Assembly: GCA_965215185.1 (NCBI GenBank)
Contig: OZ244034.1
Span: 2,848,001 to 2,912,000, forward strand
DNA length: 64,000 nucleotides
Direction: 5' to 3'
Origin: Acidimicrobiia bacterium
GTDB taxonomy: Bacteria; Actinomycetota; Acidimicrobiia; Spongiisociales; ZC4RG35
Shown here: positions 29,847 to 38,526 of the stretch, one piece after another
Numbering within the stretch: the first letter of the stretch is position 1
How the letters are laid out: each line of letters opens with the position of its first letter
The notes under the pieces: model-generated
What the model saw: the letters and a program-made list of their open reading frames with translations, nothing else
The model's database searches: none
Told to the model about the DNA's origin: nothing
Program-made: the position numbers and the translations under genes

Positions 29847-31552
29847 CCGACTCCGGCCCGGCTCCCATGCTCCGGGTGCGATGGTTGAGCAGGCTGCCCT
29901 ATGGCGAGGCGTGGGACCTGCAGCGGGCCGTTTGGGAACGCCGAAGCGGCGGGACCATTGTAGATGACTATCTGTTCCTCCTGGAACATCCTCACGTCTA
30001 CACCGTGGGCCGACGGGGAGACGGGTCGCACCTTCTGATTAGCCCCGAGCGGCTGGCGGAGGTGGGGGCGGAATTCTTCAGGGTTGATCGGGGAGGCGAC
30101 ATCACCTATCACGGTCCCGGGCAACTGGTGGGGTATCCACTCGTAGGCGTCCAACCTCGTCGGGTCACCGACTACGTGCGCTCTTTGGAAGAGGCATTGA
30201 TGCTGACTCTCTCCGATTTGGGAGTGGGGTCGTGGCGGGAGAAGGGCTTGACCGGGGTGTGGACCGAACGGGGCAAGGTGGCGGCCATCGGAGTGCGCGT
30301 CTCTCGACGGGTATCCATGCACGGTTTCGCACTGAACTTGCATCCCCAGATGGACTACTTCGGCTATATCAATCCCTGCGGCATAACCGGCCGCCCGGTC
30401 ACCTCGGTAACCGAGTTGCTGGGTCGTCGAGTTTCGATCGAGGAAGCAGTGGAAGCTTTCATTCCTCGTTTTGTTGAAGTCTTCGGATACCCCGAGGTGG
30501 AAACCCAGCTGGCGGCCTTTGTCCGAGGCCAGGGCCGGTCCACCGAATTTGAGGTGGACAGGTTGGTCCGGGAGGGAACGTTCTCTCCCAACCGGCCGGC
30601 GCCCGCTGTCTCCCGGCGGTCCGCAAGATTGCCAGGCGAACCGGAGCGCCCCCCGTGGCTGAGGGTAACTGCCCGGATGGACCCCGAGTATCTGGAACTA
30701 AAGAAACTGATGCGATCTTTGGATCTGAACACGGTCTGTGAGGAAGCAGGGTGCCCCAACATCTACGAGTGTTGGGGGATGGGGACGGCCACCCTGATGA
30801 TCCTCGGCGATCGGTGCACCCGCGCCTGCGGATTCTGCAACGTCACTACCGGGCGTCCGGTGGGGCTTGATTTGGAGGAGCCGTACCGGGCCGCCGAGGC
30901 TATCTTCCGGATGGGCCTCAGCCATGCGGTTATCACTTCGGTAAACCGTGACGACCTGTCCGATGGCGGCTCGGCGGTGTTCGCCGCCACCATTCGAGAA
31001 ACCCGCGCCCGGTCTCCCCAGACCGACATCGAGGTGCTGATCCCCGACTTCAAAGGCGACCACCAAGCGCTTGCAACCGTGATGGAGGAGCACCCCGATG
31101 TTCTCAACCACAACACCGAGACGGTTGTCCGTTTGCAGCGCGAGATCCGGACCTCCGCCAATTACGGACGGTCGCTGGCGCTTTTGACGCGGGCCAAGCG
31201 TCTTTTCCCTGAGGGTCTCGTGAAATCCGGCCTGATCGTGGGGATGGGAGAGACTCGCGCCGAGGTGCTGGGGGCCCTGGCGGACCTGCGAGCGGTGGGG
31301 GTTGACATCGTGACCATCGGGCAATACCTGCGGCCCACCCCCGGGCACCGGCCCGTCCATCGCTACGTTCATCCCGACGAGTTCGAGGAGTATCGTGCCT
31401 TTGGCGATCGAATAGGCATTCCGCATGTGGAGTCCGGGCCGCTGGTTCGCTCCAGCTATCACGCCAAGAGCGCCAAGCAGTCGGTTGCTCCGCTGCCTGC
31501 AAGGAGGACGCCGGTGATGATCGGTCGCCGGTCGCCGGTACGTTTCTCTTAG
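29843..31552 (+). CDS. lipA: Fused octanoyltransferase-lipoyl synthase (LipB-LipA)
   Basis: LipB motifs LEHPHVYT, RGGDITYHGPGQ, KVAAIG, HGFALN, INPCG; LipA motifs CEEAGCPNIYEC, CTRACGFC, RSSY; one continuous frame. Confidence 0.93.
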   Translation: MTDSGPAPMLRVRWLSRLPYGEAWDLQRAVWERRSGGTIVDDYLFLLEHPHVYTVGRRGDGSHLLISPERLAEVGAEFFRVDRGGDITYHGPGQLVGYPLVGVQPRRVTDYVRSLEEALMLTLSDLGVGSWREKGLTGVWTERGKVAAIGVRVSRRVSMHGFALNLHPQMDYFGYINPCGITGRPVTSVTELLGRRVSIEEAVEAFIPRFVEVFGYPEVETQLAAFVRGQGRSTEFEVDRLVREGTFSPNRPAPAVSRRSARLPGEPERPPWLRVTARMDPEYLELKKLMRSLDLNTVCEEAGCPNIYECWGMGTATLMILGDRCTRACGFCNVTTGRPVGLDLEEPYRAAEAIFRMGLSHAVITSVNRDDLSDGGSAVFAATIRETRARSPQTDIEVLIPDFKGDHQALATVMEEHPDVLNHNTETVVRLQREIRTSANYGRSLALLTRAKRLFPEGLVKSGLIVGMGETRAEVLGALADLRAVGVDIVTIGQYLRPTPGHRPVHRYVHPDEFEEYRAFGDRIGIPHVESGPLVRSSYHAKSAKQSVAPLPARRTPVMIGRRSPVRFS

Positions 31553-31656
31553 TAATTACCATAAATGGTCTAAGCTAGGTGATTGCGGCGCGGGTGGGGT
31601 CTTTTAAATATGTTCCCACATTGACGGGCTTTACCTTGGAAAACGATCTAAAAAAC

Positions 31657-34600
31657 ATGAGGCAGCGCTTCGGTTTGCGTATTGCCGCTGGTCTGGGCGC
31701 AGTGTTATTTCTGGTGGGGACGACTCTTCCCGTGCTGGCGCAGGAATATCCCGGCGAGCCGATCCGGTTGGGTAGTCAGGGAGAGGCGGTTCGGGTGTGG
31801 CAGGAGGCGCTGGGGATTCCAGCCGACGGAGATTTCGGCGAGCGGACCCGGGAAGCCACCATTGCATGGCAGATCGAGAAGGGTTTGACTGCGGACGGCA
31901 TCGTGGGACCCACCTCCTGGAAAGTCATGTTTCCCGACTCAACTATTGACCTTGATGATGTGCAGATAACCATCCGAGGCGCCGGCAACGGTCATGGAGT
32001 GGGCCTCACCCAGTACGGCGCCAAAGGGATGGCGCAGCAGGGCTACACCTCCACCCAGATTCTCGAGCATTTCTACCAGGGATCATCTGTTGAGAACCTT
32101 GCCGACGCCATACCCGGCTCCTGGGTGGTCACCGAGTCGATGCCGATCTGGGTGGGTATCAGACAGAATCGCACCGAGTTCACCTTCGTGGTCAGCACCG
32201 GGCGAGTGAAAGTCTGCTTCGACGACGATTACAACTCCTATCCGTTGTTGGCGGCCGGGTCAGCGCCGGATCGTGATAACACTTTCACCGATCTCCTGCT
32301 CAACAGGTTGGCCGATCTGGGGTACTTGCAGGGGGCGCCCGGGACTTTCAACGAGACGGTGCGGGAAGCGGTGATCTCCTTTCAGGCCGCCCAGGGTCTG
32401 GAGGCGGACGGGGCGGTGGGCGGCCAAACCTGGCAGACCCTTGTGCAGGGAAGCGGTTTGTCCGATTGCGCCGGCGCCTATTACCTGAACAGTGGGGAGG
32501 AGCTGGTAGTGACCGCCGAGGGGGACGGGTCCTGCTCCACCAATCTGGTGGGAGTGGCCGGGCAGTGCCGATTGAGCATTCAGGATCTCTCGCACGACAA
32601 CCGGGTTGGTCTGCGGGGCCTCAATTACGCGGGTGAGATGACGCAGTTCATCCATGGTCACATACGAATACGCTCCAGCGGCGCAAGGATGCACTTTTCG
32701 TTGCAACTGGACATAGAGGACTATGTGGCGGGCATCGCCGAGATCCCCACCTCCTGGATGGATGTGGCTTTGGAAGCCCAGGCCATAGCGGCCCGGTCCT
32801 ATGCCATTTACGGCATGCTGAGACGGGGTTCGGAGACATCTTTCAGTAGCTCTCGGAAATCGGCTTGCTGGTGCCATGTTGTAAGCGACACGCGTGATCA
32901 GGTATACGCCGGATGGAACAGGGAGATACAAGACGGCGGCCGGTGGGAGATGGTGGGAGCGCGTCCGACGGCCGGCCGGGTGGTGACCCATCCCGAGGAG
33001 GAAGTGACGGTTGTTCAGGCTTTCTACTCGTCCTCCAGCGGCGGGGCCACCGAAGATTCCTCCGCGCTTTGGGGTACCGCCGGGAGGCCCTATCTGGTCT
33101 CGGTGGAGGATCCGTGGTCGATTGACCCCAATGTGAACCCCAACGCCTTCTGGTCGAGTAGCCTCTCGCTCTCCCGTTTGCTTACAACCTATGGCTTGGC
33201 TGGCCAGTTCGATGATGTCATCTCGGTCAGCACGGTTCCTTACCCGTGGGGCAGCGCCCAGTTTGTGACGGTGGTCGGAATCAAGGGGGGAAGCAGGGTA
33301 ACCGAAAGGGCCTCGGCCTCGACTTTAAGGTCCTCTCTGCGGTTGAGGTCGAAGTACTTTGAGATCGACTATCTGGCCGACTGGTGGGCCCCGCCCCCGG
33401 CGCCCACCGGGGTGGCTGTAACAGGTGGGGCGGCAGCCACGGTGAGTTGGGACCCGGTTCCTTCGCGCTTTGCTCCAGAGAGCTACACGGTGACCGCTAA
33501 TCCCTCCCACGCCGATCCGATCACGGTAGGCGGTTCCCAGACCAGCGCAGTGTTCGGGGGCCTTCGTGCGGGAGTGGATTACAGCTTCACAGTGACGGCC
33601 ACCAATCAGATAGGAACCAGTCCATCCTCGGCAGCGACCGCTCCCAGGGTGGTGATCGCTGAGAATCCTTATCCCGGTGAGCCACTTCGGGAAGGGAGCC
33701 GAGGCGAGACGGTTCGGGTGTGGCAGGAGGCTCTCGGGATTGGGGCGGATGGTGACTTCGGCCCGGGGACCAGCGCCGCAACCCGCCAGTGGCAGCAGGC
33801 CAACGGTCTGGTCGCCGACGGGATCGTGGGGGAGGAGTCCTGGAACAAGATGTTCTCCTCGCCTCCATCCACCGAGACTCCGGAAGAGACGGAGACCGGG
33901 GGTGAGACTGAGACGGAACCCGAAACAGAGACCGAGGAAACCGAGCCTGAGGAGACCGAATCAGACGTTCCCAGCTACCCGGGCTTCCTGTTGAGGGTTG
34001 GTAGCCAGGGCAAGTGGGTGAGGACCTGGCAGTCCGCCCTGGGTCTGTTCTCCGACGGCTATTTCGGGTCGGACACAGCCCAGGCCACCCGAGAGTGGCA
34101 ACGGGCCAATGGTCTGGAGCCCGACGGGATAGTTGGCATGAAGAGTTGGCAGACCATGTTCCCCGGCGCCGGGGTGGAACGACCTACGCCTCCACCTGCC
34201 ATCGGAGATGACGGCGAGGATCCAACCGACGACGGCACGGAGTCCACGGGGAGCGACGGCGCCGATACCGGTGCCCGCCCGGGAGTCCCCTCCTTTCCGG
34301 GCAGCCCTCTCAAGTTGGGATCACAGGGCCTCGACGTAATCGTCTGGCAGCGGGCTTTGGGAATCGCGGCAGATGGATACTTCGGCCCGGCAACGCTGTC
34401 CGCCACCAAGGCTTGGCAGTACCGCCAAAACCTGATGGCCGATGGAGTGGTAGGCCTCGATTCCTGGCTGAAGATGTTCCCCGGCGCAGGTGTGAAGGAG
34501 GGTGGTTCCTCCGCGCCCGAGGAAAGCGATAATGACAGTGCGGCTGAAGAGGCGCCTCCCTATCCCGGCCGGCCCCTGAGAACAGGATCGCGAGGCGCCG

Positions 34601-35262
34601 ATGTTGTGATTTGGCAACGGGCGCTGGGCATTGCAGCCGACGGCTACTTCGGGTCCCAGACCGACCGGGCCACCAGGAACTGGCAACGGGCCAAGGGTCT
34701 TGACGCCGACGGGATTGTTGGTCTCACCTCCTGGCAGAGGATGTTCTCGGGAGCGGGCCAGGCGGGTTCTACGGTAAGCCGGCCATCATCGGTGTTACTG
34801 GAATTGGGGAGCACCGGAGAGATGGTGGAGAAGTGGCAGAGGGCTTTGGGGATCGATGTGACTGGTGTGTTTGATGACAATACGGTGGCGCATACCAAGT
34901 ATTGGCAGCGTACTCAGGGGATCGCCGCCGACGGCAGAGTCACCGAAACGTCTTGGGCTCGCATGTTCCCAGAAGAAGACGTGCCTGAAGGTGACGACCG
35001 ACCGTCCGGTTCCGACGACTCCTCCACCGACGGCGCCGGAGATACTCAACCGCCGGAACGCCCGCACTTGGAAGTTCTGGAATTGGGGAGCACCGGGGAC
35101 AGAGTGGAGAAGTGGCAGAGGGCTTTGGGGATCGATGTGACTGGTGTGTTTGATGACAATACGGTGGCGCATACCAAGTATTGGCAGCGTACTCAGGGGA
35201 TCGCCGCCGACGGCAGAGTCACCGAAACATCTTGGTACCGTATGTTTCCTGATGAGGAATGA
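31657..35262 (+). CDS. Secreted SpoIID/LytB lytic-transglycosylase-like protein with FN3 and 8 peptidoglycan-binding domains
   Basis: Signal peptide; GNGHGVGLTQYGA, YVAGIAE, AQAIAARSYA, DQVY, FYSSSSGG, LRS motifs; repeated G..V..WQ.ALG..ADG.FG..T...W Q...GL.ADG.VG..SW units. Confidence 0.88.
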   Translation: MRQRFGLRIAAGLGAVLFLVGTTLPVLAQEYPGEPIRLGSQGEAVRVWQEALGIPADGDFGERTREATIAWQIEKGLTADGIVGPTSWKVMFPDSTIDLDDVQITIRGAGNGHGVGLTQYGAKGMAQQGYTSTQILEHFYQGSSVENLADAIPGSWVVTESMPIWVGIRQNRTEFTFVVSTGRVKVCFDDDYNSYPLLAAGSAPDRDNTFTDLLLNRLADLGYLQGAPGTFNETVREAVISFQAAQGLEADGAVGGQTWQTLVQGSGLSDCAGAYYLNSGEELVVTAEGDGSCSTNLVGVAGQCRLSIQDLSHDNRVGLRGLNYAGEMTQFIHGHIRIRSSGARMHFSLQLDIEDYVAGIAEIPTSWMDVALEAQAIAARSYAIYGMLRRGSETSFSSSRKSACWCHVVSDTRDQVYAGWNREIQDGGRWEMVGARPTAGRVVTHPEEEVTVVQAFYSSSSGGATEDSSALWGTAGRPYLVSVEDPWSIDPNVNPNAFWSSSLSLSRLLTTYGLAGQFDDVISVSTVPYPWGSAQFVTVVGIKGGSRVTERASASTLRSSLRLRSKYFEIDYLADWWAPPPAPTGVAVTGGAAATVSWDPVPSRFAPESYTVTANPSHADPITVGGSQTSAVFGGLRAGVDYSFTVTATNQIGTSPSSAATAPRVVIAENPYPGEPLREGSRGETVRVWQEALGIGADGDFGPGTSAATRQWQQANGLVADGIVGEESWNKMFSSPPSTETPEETETGGETETEPETETEETEPEETESDVPSYPGFLLRVGSQGKWVRTWQSALGLFSDGYFGSDTAQATREWQRANGLEPDGIVGMKSWQTMFPGAGVERPTPPPAIGDDGEDPTDDGTESTGSDGADTGARPGVPSFPGSPLKLGSQGLDVIVWQRALGIAADGYFGPATLSATKAWQYRQNLMADGVVGLDSWLKMFPGAGVKEGGSSAPEESDNDSAAEEAPPYPGRPLRTGSRGADVVIWQRALGIAADGYFGSQTDRATRNWQRAKGLDADGIVGLTSWQRMFSGAGQAGSTVSRPSSVLLELGSTGEMVEKWQRALGIDVTGVFDDNTVAHTKYWQRTQGIAADGRVTETSWARMFPEEDVPEGDDRPSGSDDSSTDGAGDTQPPERPHLEVLELGSTGDRVEKWQRALGIDVTGVFDDNTVAHTKYWQRTQGIAADGRVTETSWYRMFPDEE
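34798..35235 (+). repeat. Near-identical ~159-bp duplication (34798-34956 and 35077-35235) encoding the last two PG-binding domains
   Basis: Direct nucleotide comparison at offset 279 shows only a handful of mismatches. Confidence 0.9.
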
Positions 35263-37180
35263 ATCTTTAGCTGTAGCGGTTGTCAAAGGCCTGGCAATGG
35301 ACGCCGTCCAACGGGCCAACTCCGGACACCCGGGTATGCCGATGGGAATGGCCGATATAGCGGTGACGCTCTGGTCGCGTTTCATCAAGGTGGATCCTGA
35401 TTGCCCCACGTGGCCGGACCGGGACCGTTTCGTTCTATCCAATGGCCACGGCTCTATGTTGCTCTACGCCATGTTGCACCTGTCGGGGTTCCCGATCACC
35501 ATGGAAGATCTGAAGAACTTCCGCCAATGGGGCTCTCCCACCGCCGGCCATCCGGAGCGAGAGCCGGAATTGGGCATCGAAACCACCACCGGGCCTCTCG
35601 GTCAGGGCTTTGCCAACGGGGTGGGAATGGCCATTGCAGAGGAGCATCTGCGCGCCCGGCTGGGCGCCGACCAGGTGGATCATTACACCTACGGATTCGT
35701 CTCCGACGGCGACCTCATGGAGGGCGTGGCGGCCGAGGCTGCGTCGTTGGCGGGGCACCTCGGTTTGGGAAGGCTCATCTACTACTACGACGACAACGGC
35801 ATCTCGATCGACGGAACCACCGACATCACTTTCTCCGAGGATGTCGACGCAAGATTTCGGGCTTTGGGATGGCACACCGTCCTGGTGGACGGCCACGATC
35901 GGGAGGCGGTGGCAGAGGCGACTCTGCAGGCTTTGCATACCCAGGAACAACCATCTCTGATCATCTGCTGTACCCACATCGCGGCGGGCGCTCCCAACAA
36001 GGTGGACACACCCGGGGCCCATGGGGCGCCGCTGGGCGTGGAAGAGGTGAGACTGGCCAAGGAGAACATCGGGATTCCACCCGATGAGGATTTCTGGGCG
36101 CCATTGGAGGTTTACAGTTTCATGTCCGACGCTATGGAGCGGGGGAGGGCTGCCCGTCGGGAGTGGGAAAGCCGGGAACGCACCGCCGATTGGCAAACCT
36201 TGCACACCATTGCACCGGTGAAGCTGGATTCCCCGGGATTCGAGCCCGGCGCTAGCGTGGCCACCCGGAACGCGTCAGGAAAGCTCTTCGGTCAGATCGG
36301 TCGGAAGGTGCCCGGTTTGATCGGAGGAGCGGCTGATCTGGTCGAGTCAACCAAGACAGTGCTCCCCGGCGAGGCGGGATTCTCCCGCTCCAACCGGCTG
36401 GGTCGCAACCTTCACTTTGGAATCAGGGAACACGGCATGGGTGGAATCGTCAACGGCATGGCTCTCCACGGGGGAGTACGACCTTACGGTTCCACCTTCT
36501 TTGTCTTCACCGACTACATGCGGCCATCCATCCGGCTTTCAGCTCTGATGGGACTTCCCTGTATATGGGTGATGACCCACGACTCCATCATGCTGGGGGA
36601 GGACGGTCCCACCCACCAGCCCGTCGAGCATCTGGCCAGCCTGCGGGCCATGCCCGGCCTGTGGGTGATTCGGCCCGCCGACGCAACCGAATCGGTGGAG
36701 GCTTGGGAGATGGCCCTCAACCGTACCGTCGGGCCGACCCTTTTGGTGTTCAGCCGGCAGGGTCTTGCGGTACTGGACAGGTCCGGCACAGAGGGCATGA
36801 CCGCCCGGGGTGGCTACGTGGTACGTTCCGGGAAGGATGTGGTGATCATGGCCACCGGATCCGAGGTGTCGGTGGCGCTGGGCGCTTCGCAAATCCTGGA
36901 GTCACACGGCGTATCGGCGAGGGTGGTCAGTCTTCCCTGTTGGGAGGCGTTCGAGGCGCAGGAACCCGATTACCGGCGAGAGGTGTTGGGAGAAGGCATT
37001 CCCAGGGTGTCGGTAGAGGCAGGGGCCACGTTCGGCTGGGAGAGGATGGTGGGATCCGACGGACTGTTGATCGGAATTGACCGGTTCGGAGCGTCGGCCC
37101 CGCAAAAGGTTCTGGCCCAAAAGTTCGGCTTCGACCCCCAAACCGTTGCCGAGCGGGTGTTGTCCCACCTCTCCGATTAG
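35252..37180 (+). CDS. tkt: Transketolase
   Basis: SGHPGMPMG, RDRFVLSNGH, TTGPLGQG, DGDLMEG, FGIREH and GEDGPTHQP motifs. Confidence 0.96.
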   Translation: MRNESLAVAVVKGLAMDAVQRANSGHPGMPMGMADIAVTLWSRFIKVDPDCPTWPDRDRFVLSNGHGSMLLYAMLHLSGFPITMEDLKNFRQWGSPTAGHPEREPELGIETTTGPLGQGFANGVGMAIAEEHLRARLGADQVDHYTYGFVSDGDLMEGVAAEAASLAGHLGLGRLIYYYDDNGISIDGTTDITFSEDVDARFRALGWHTVLVDGHDREAVAEATLQALHTQEQPSLIICCTHIAAGAPNKVDTPGAHGAPLGVEEVRLAKENIGIPPDEDFWAPLEVYSFMSDAMERGRAARREWESRERTADWQTLHTIAPVKLDSPGFEPGASVATRNASGKLFGQIGRKVPGLIGGAADLVESTKTVLPGEAGFSRSNRLGRNLHFGIREHGMGGIVNGMALHGGVRPYGSTFFVFTDYMRPSIRLSALMGLPCIWVMTHDSIMLGEDGPTHQPVEHLASLRAMPGLWVIRPADATESVEAWEMALNRTVGPTLLVFSRQGLAVLDRSGTEGMTARGGYVVRSGKDVVIMATGSEVSVALGASQILESHGVSARVVSLPCWEAFEAQEPDYRREVLGEGIPRVSVEAGATFGWERMVGSDGLLIGIDRFGASAPQKVLAQKFGFDPQTVAERVLSHLSD

Positions 37181-37186
37181 CGATCG

Positions 37187-37849
37187 GTGATCCCCGCCGG
37201 CGCAACTTTCGGTCCTGCCGCCTTCATGGCTGCCTGGGCCGGCGGATTGGCTCTTACTCTGCCCTTGGCGGTCCGGTGGAAGGTAGCCAAGCGGGGGTAC
37301 CAGATGCTGGGAGCGGGGACAGCCGCGTTGTTGATGGCCTATCCGGCTTTGCGGTCCTGGTGGGCTGCAATCGGTTTGGCGGCGGTGTTGGTGGCTGTTT
37401 GGAGGTCAGACCGGCGCGAGTACTCTCCGCTGGTGGCGCTGTCTGCGGTTCTGGTGCTGGTCCCCTCGGTGATCACGGCCGGATTGGTGTCGACCATCGC
37501 CGGAGCTACGGCATTGGGGGGTATTACCGCCACCATGTTGCTGGGTCACTGGTTCCTAGTGGATCCCACCCTTCCCCGCTGGGCGTTGCGCCGTCTGGAT
37601 CTGCTGGCCGGGGTCGGCCTGGTTCTGAGCCTGTTGGCCGGCTGGCTAGATGGAGCCGTGCCCTATGACGGGGGCGCGTTGGGCTGGACTCTTGCTGTCC
37701 TCTCCCTGGTGAGCGCCGCGCTGGTGGTGGCCACCTGGTTTTCCCTGGGTGAAACCGGCTACTCTGGAGTGATGGCCGCAACGGGCCTGTCTTACCTGGG
37801 TGTGGTCACGGTAGCAGGTGTGGTTTTTCTCAGTCGTCTTATGGTGTAG
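37187..37849 (+). CDS. Multi-pass membrane protein with MLLGHWFL motif
   Basis: About 7 hydrophobic segments; MLLGHWFLVDP and MAATGLSY motifs. Confidence 0.7.
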   Translation: MIPAGATFGPAAFMAAWAGGLALTLPLAVRWKVAKRGYQMLGAGTAALLMAYPALRSWWAAIGLAAVLVAVWRSDRREYSPLVALSAVLVLVPSVITAGLVSTIAGATALGGITATMLLGHWFLVDPTLPRWALRRLDLLAGVGLVLSLLAGWLDGAVPYDGGALGWTLAVLSLVSAALVVATWFSLGETGYSGVMAATGLSYLGVVTVAGVVFLSRLMV

Positions 37850-37921
37850 CCAAACCGGGTCTGAGTACACGACATCGTGCTACACCGAAATAGTGGAACG
37901 TACATTTAGAGGGGGTTAACC

Positions 37922-38117
37922 ATGCGAAACGTGACTATCACTTTGGATGAAGAAACGGCGCGGTGGGCCCGCGTAGAAGCCGGCGATGCGGGGCACCAGC
38001 GTTTCCCGTCTTGTTGGGGAAATGTTGCGGGAGCACATGGAGAGCGTGGCAACCTATGAGGGGGCGCCCAGCTTTTATATCCGCCGCGAAGCAACGGTTC
38101 TGAAGATAGCAGGCGGG
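37922..38117 (+). pseudogene. Frameshifted, truncated RHH/CopG-type (VapB-like) antitoxin
   Basis: MRNVTITLDEETARWARVEA, then a +1 frameshift near 37980, then AMRGTSVSRLVGEMLREHM...; no toxin gene follows. Confidence 0.75.
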
Positions 38118-38357
38118 ATGATCCGCTCGAACAGCGGTGAACATCATCATGCGGTCATACAGAGACAGGTTCCAATCGGACGGGAACTTCTCCACTTCGG
38201 GATTGTGGTGCTCTTTCCACCACAGGTAGGTGCCTCTCCAGGACTCCAAGTTGGCGTTGTACAGCTCGGCGCACATACGAAAGATCTGGTCAAGGCGACG
38301 ATGTCCCGAAGGGGACAACTTAGCGGACACCCGCACCGTCTCAAACCAAGGATTCAT
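38115..38357 (-). mobile_element. tnpB: IS200/IS605-family TnpB N-terminal remnant (~81 aa)
   Basis: TVRVSAKLSPSGHRRLDQIFRMCAELYNANLESWRGTY resembles the OrfB_IS605 N-terminal HTH; no RuvC domain or zinc ribbon remains. Confidence 0.6.
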
Positions 38358-38526
38358 GCGCTACACAGAATACCGAAAGGGTGTGACAATACTCGGGCAG
38401 TCAGCGTGCGTAAGCCTCAAAACATGCCTGTCAACCCAAGTATATAAATCCCTTTTGAATCCCTTTGTGCACGAACCGCGAAGCTTTCTCACAGGCCCAT
38501 AGGTTGCCTTGTTGGGCTGAGTGTGT

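Noticed and set aside
37938-38447. ORFs 37938-38357(-) and 37986-38447(+) as intact genes
   Set aside because: Chimeric read-throughs across the antitoxin/TnpB junction; only parts have coding-like signal.
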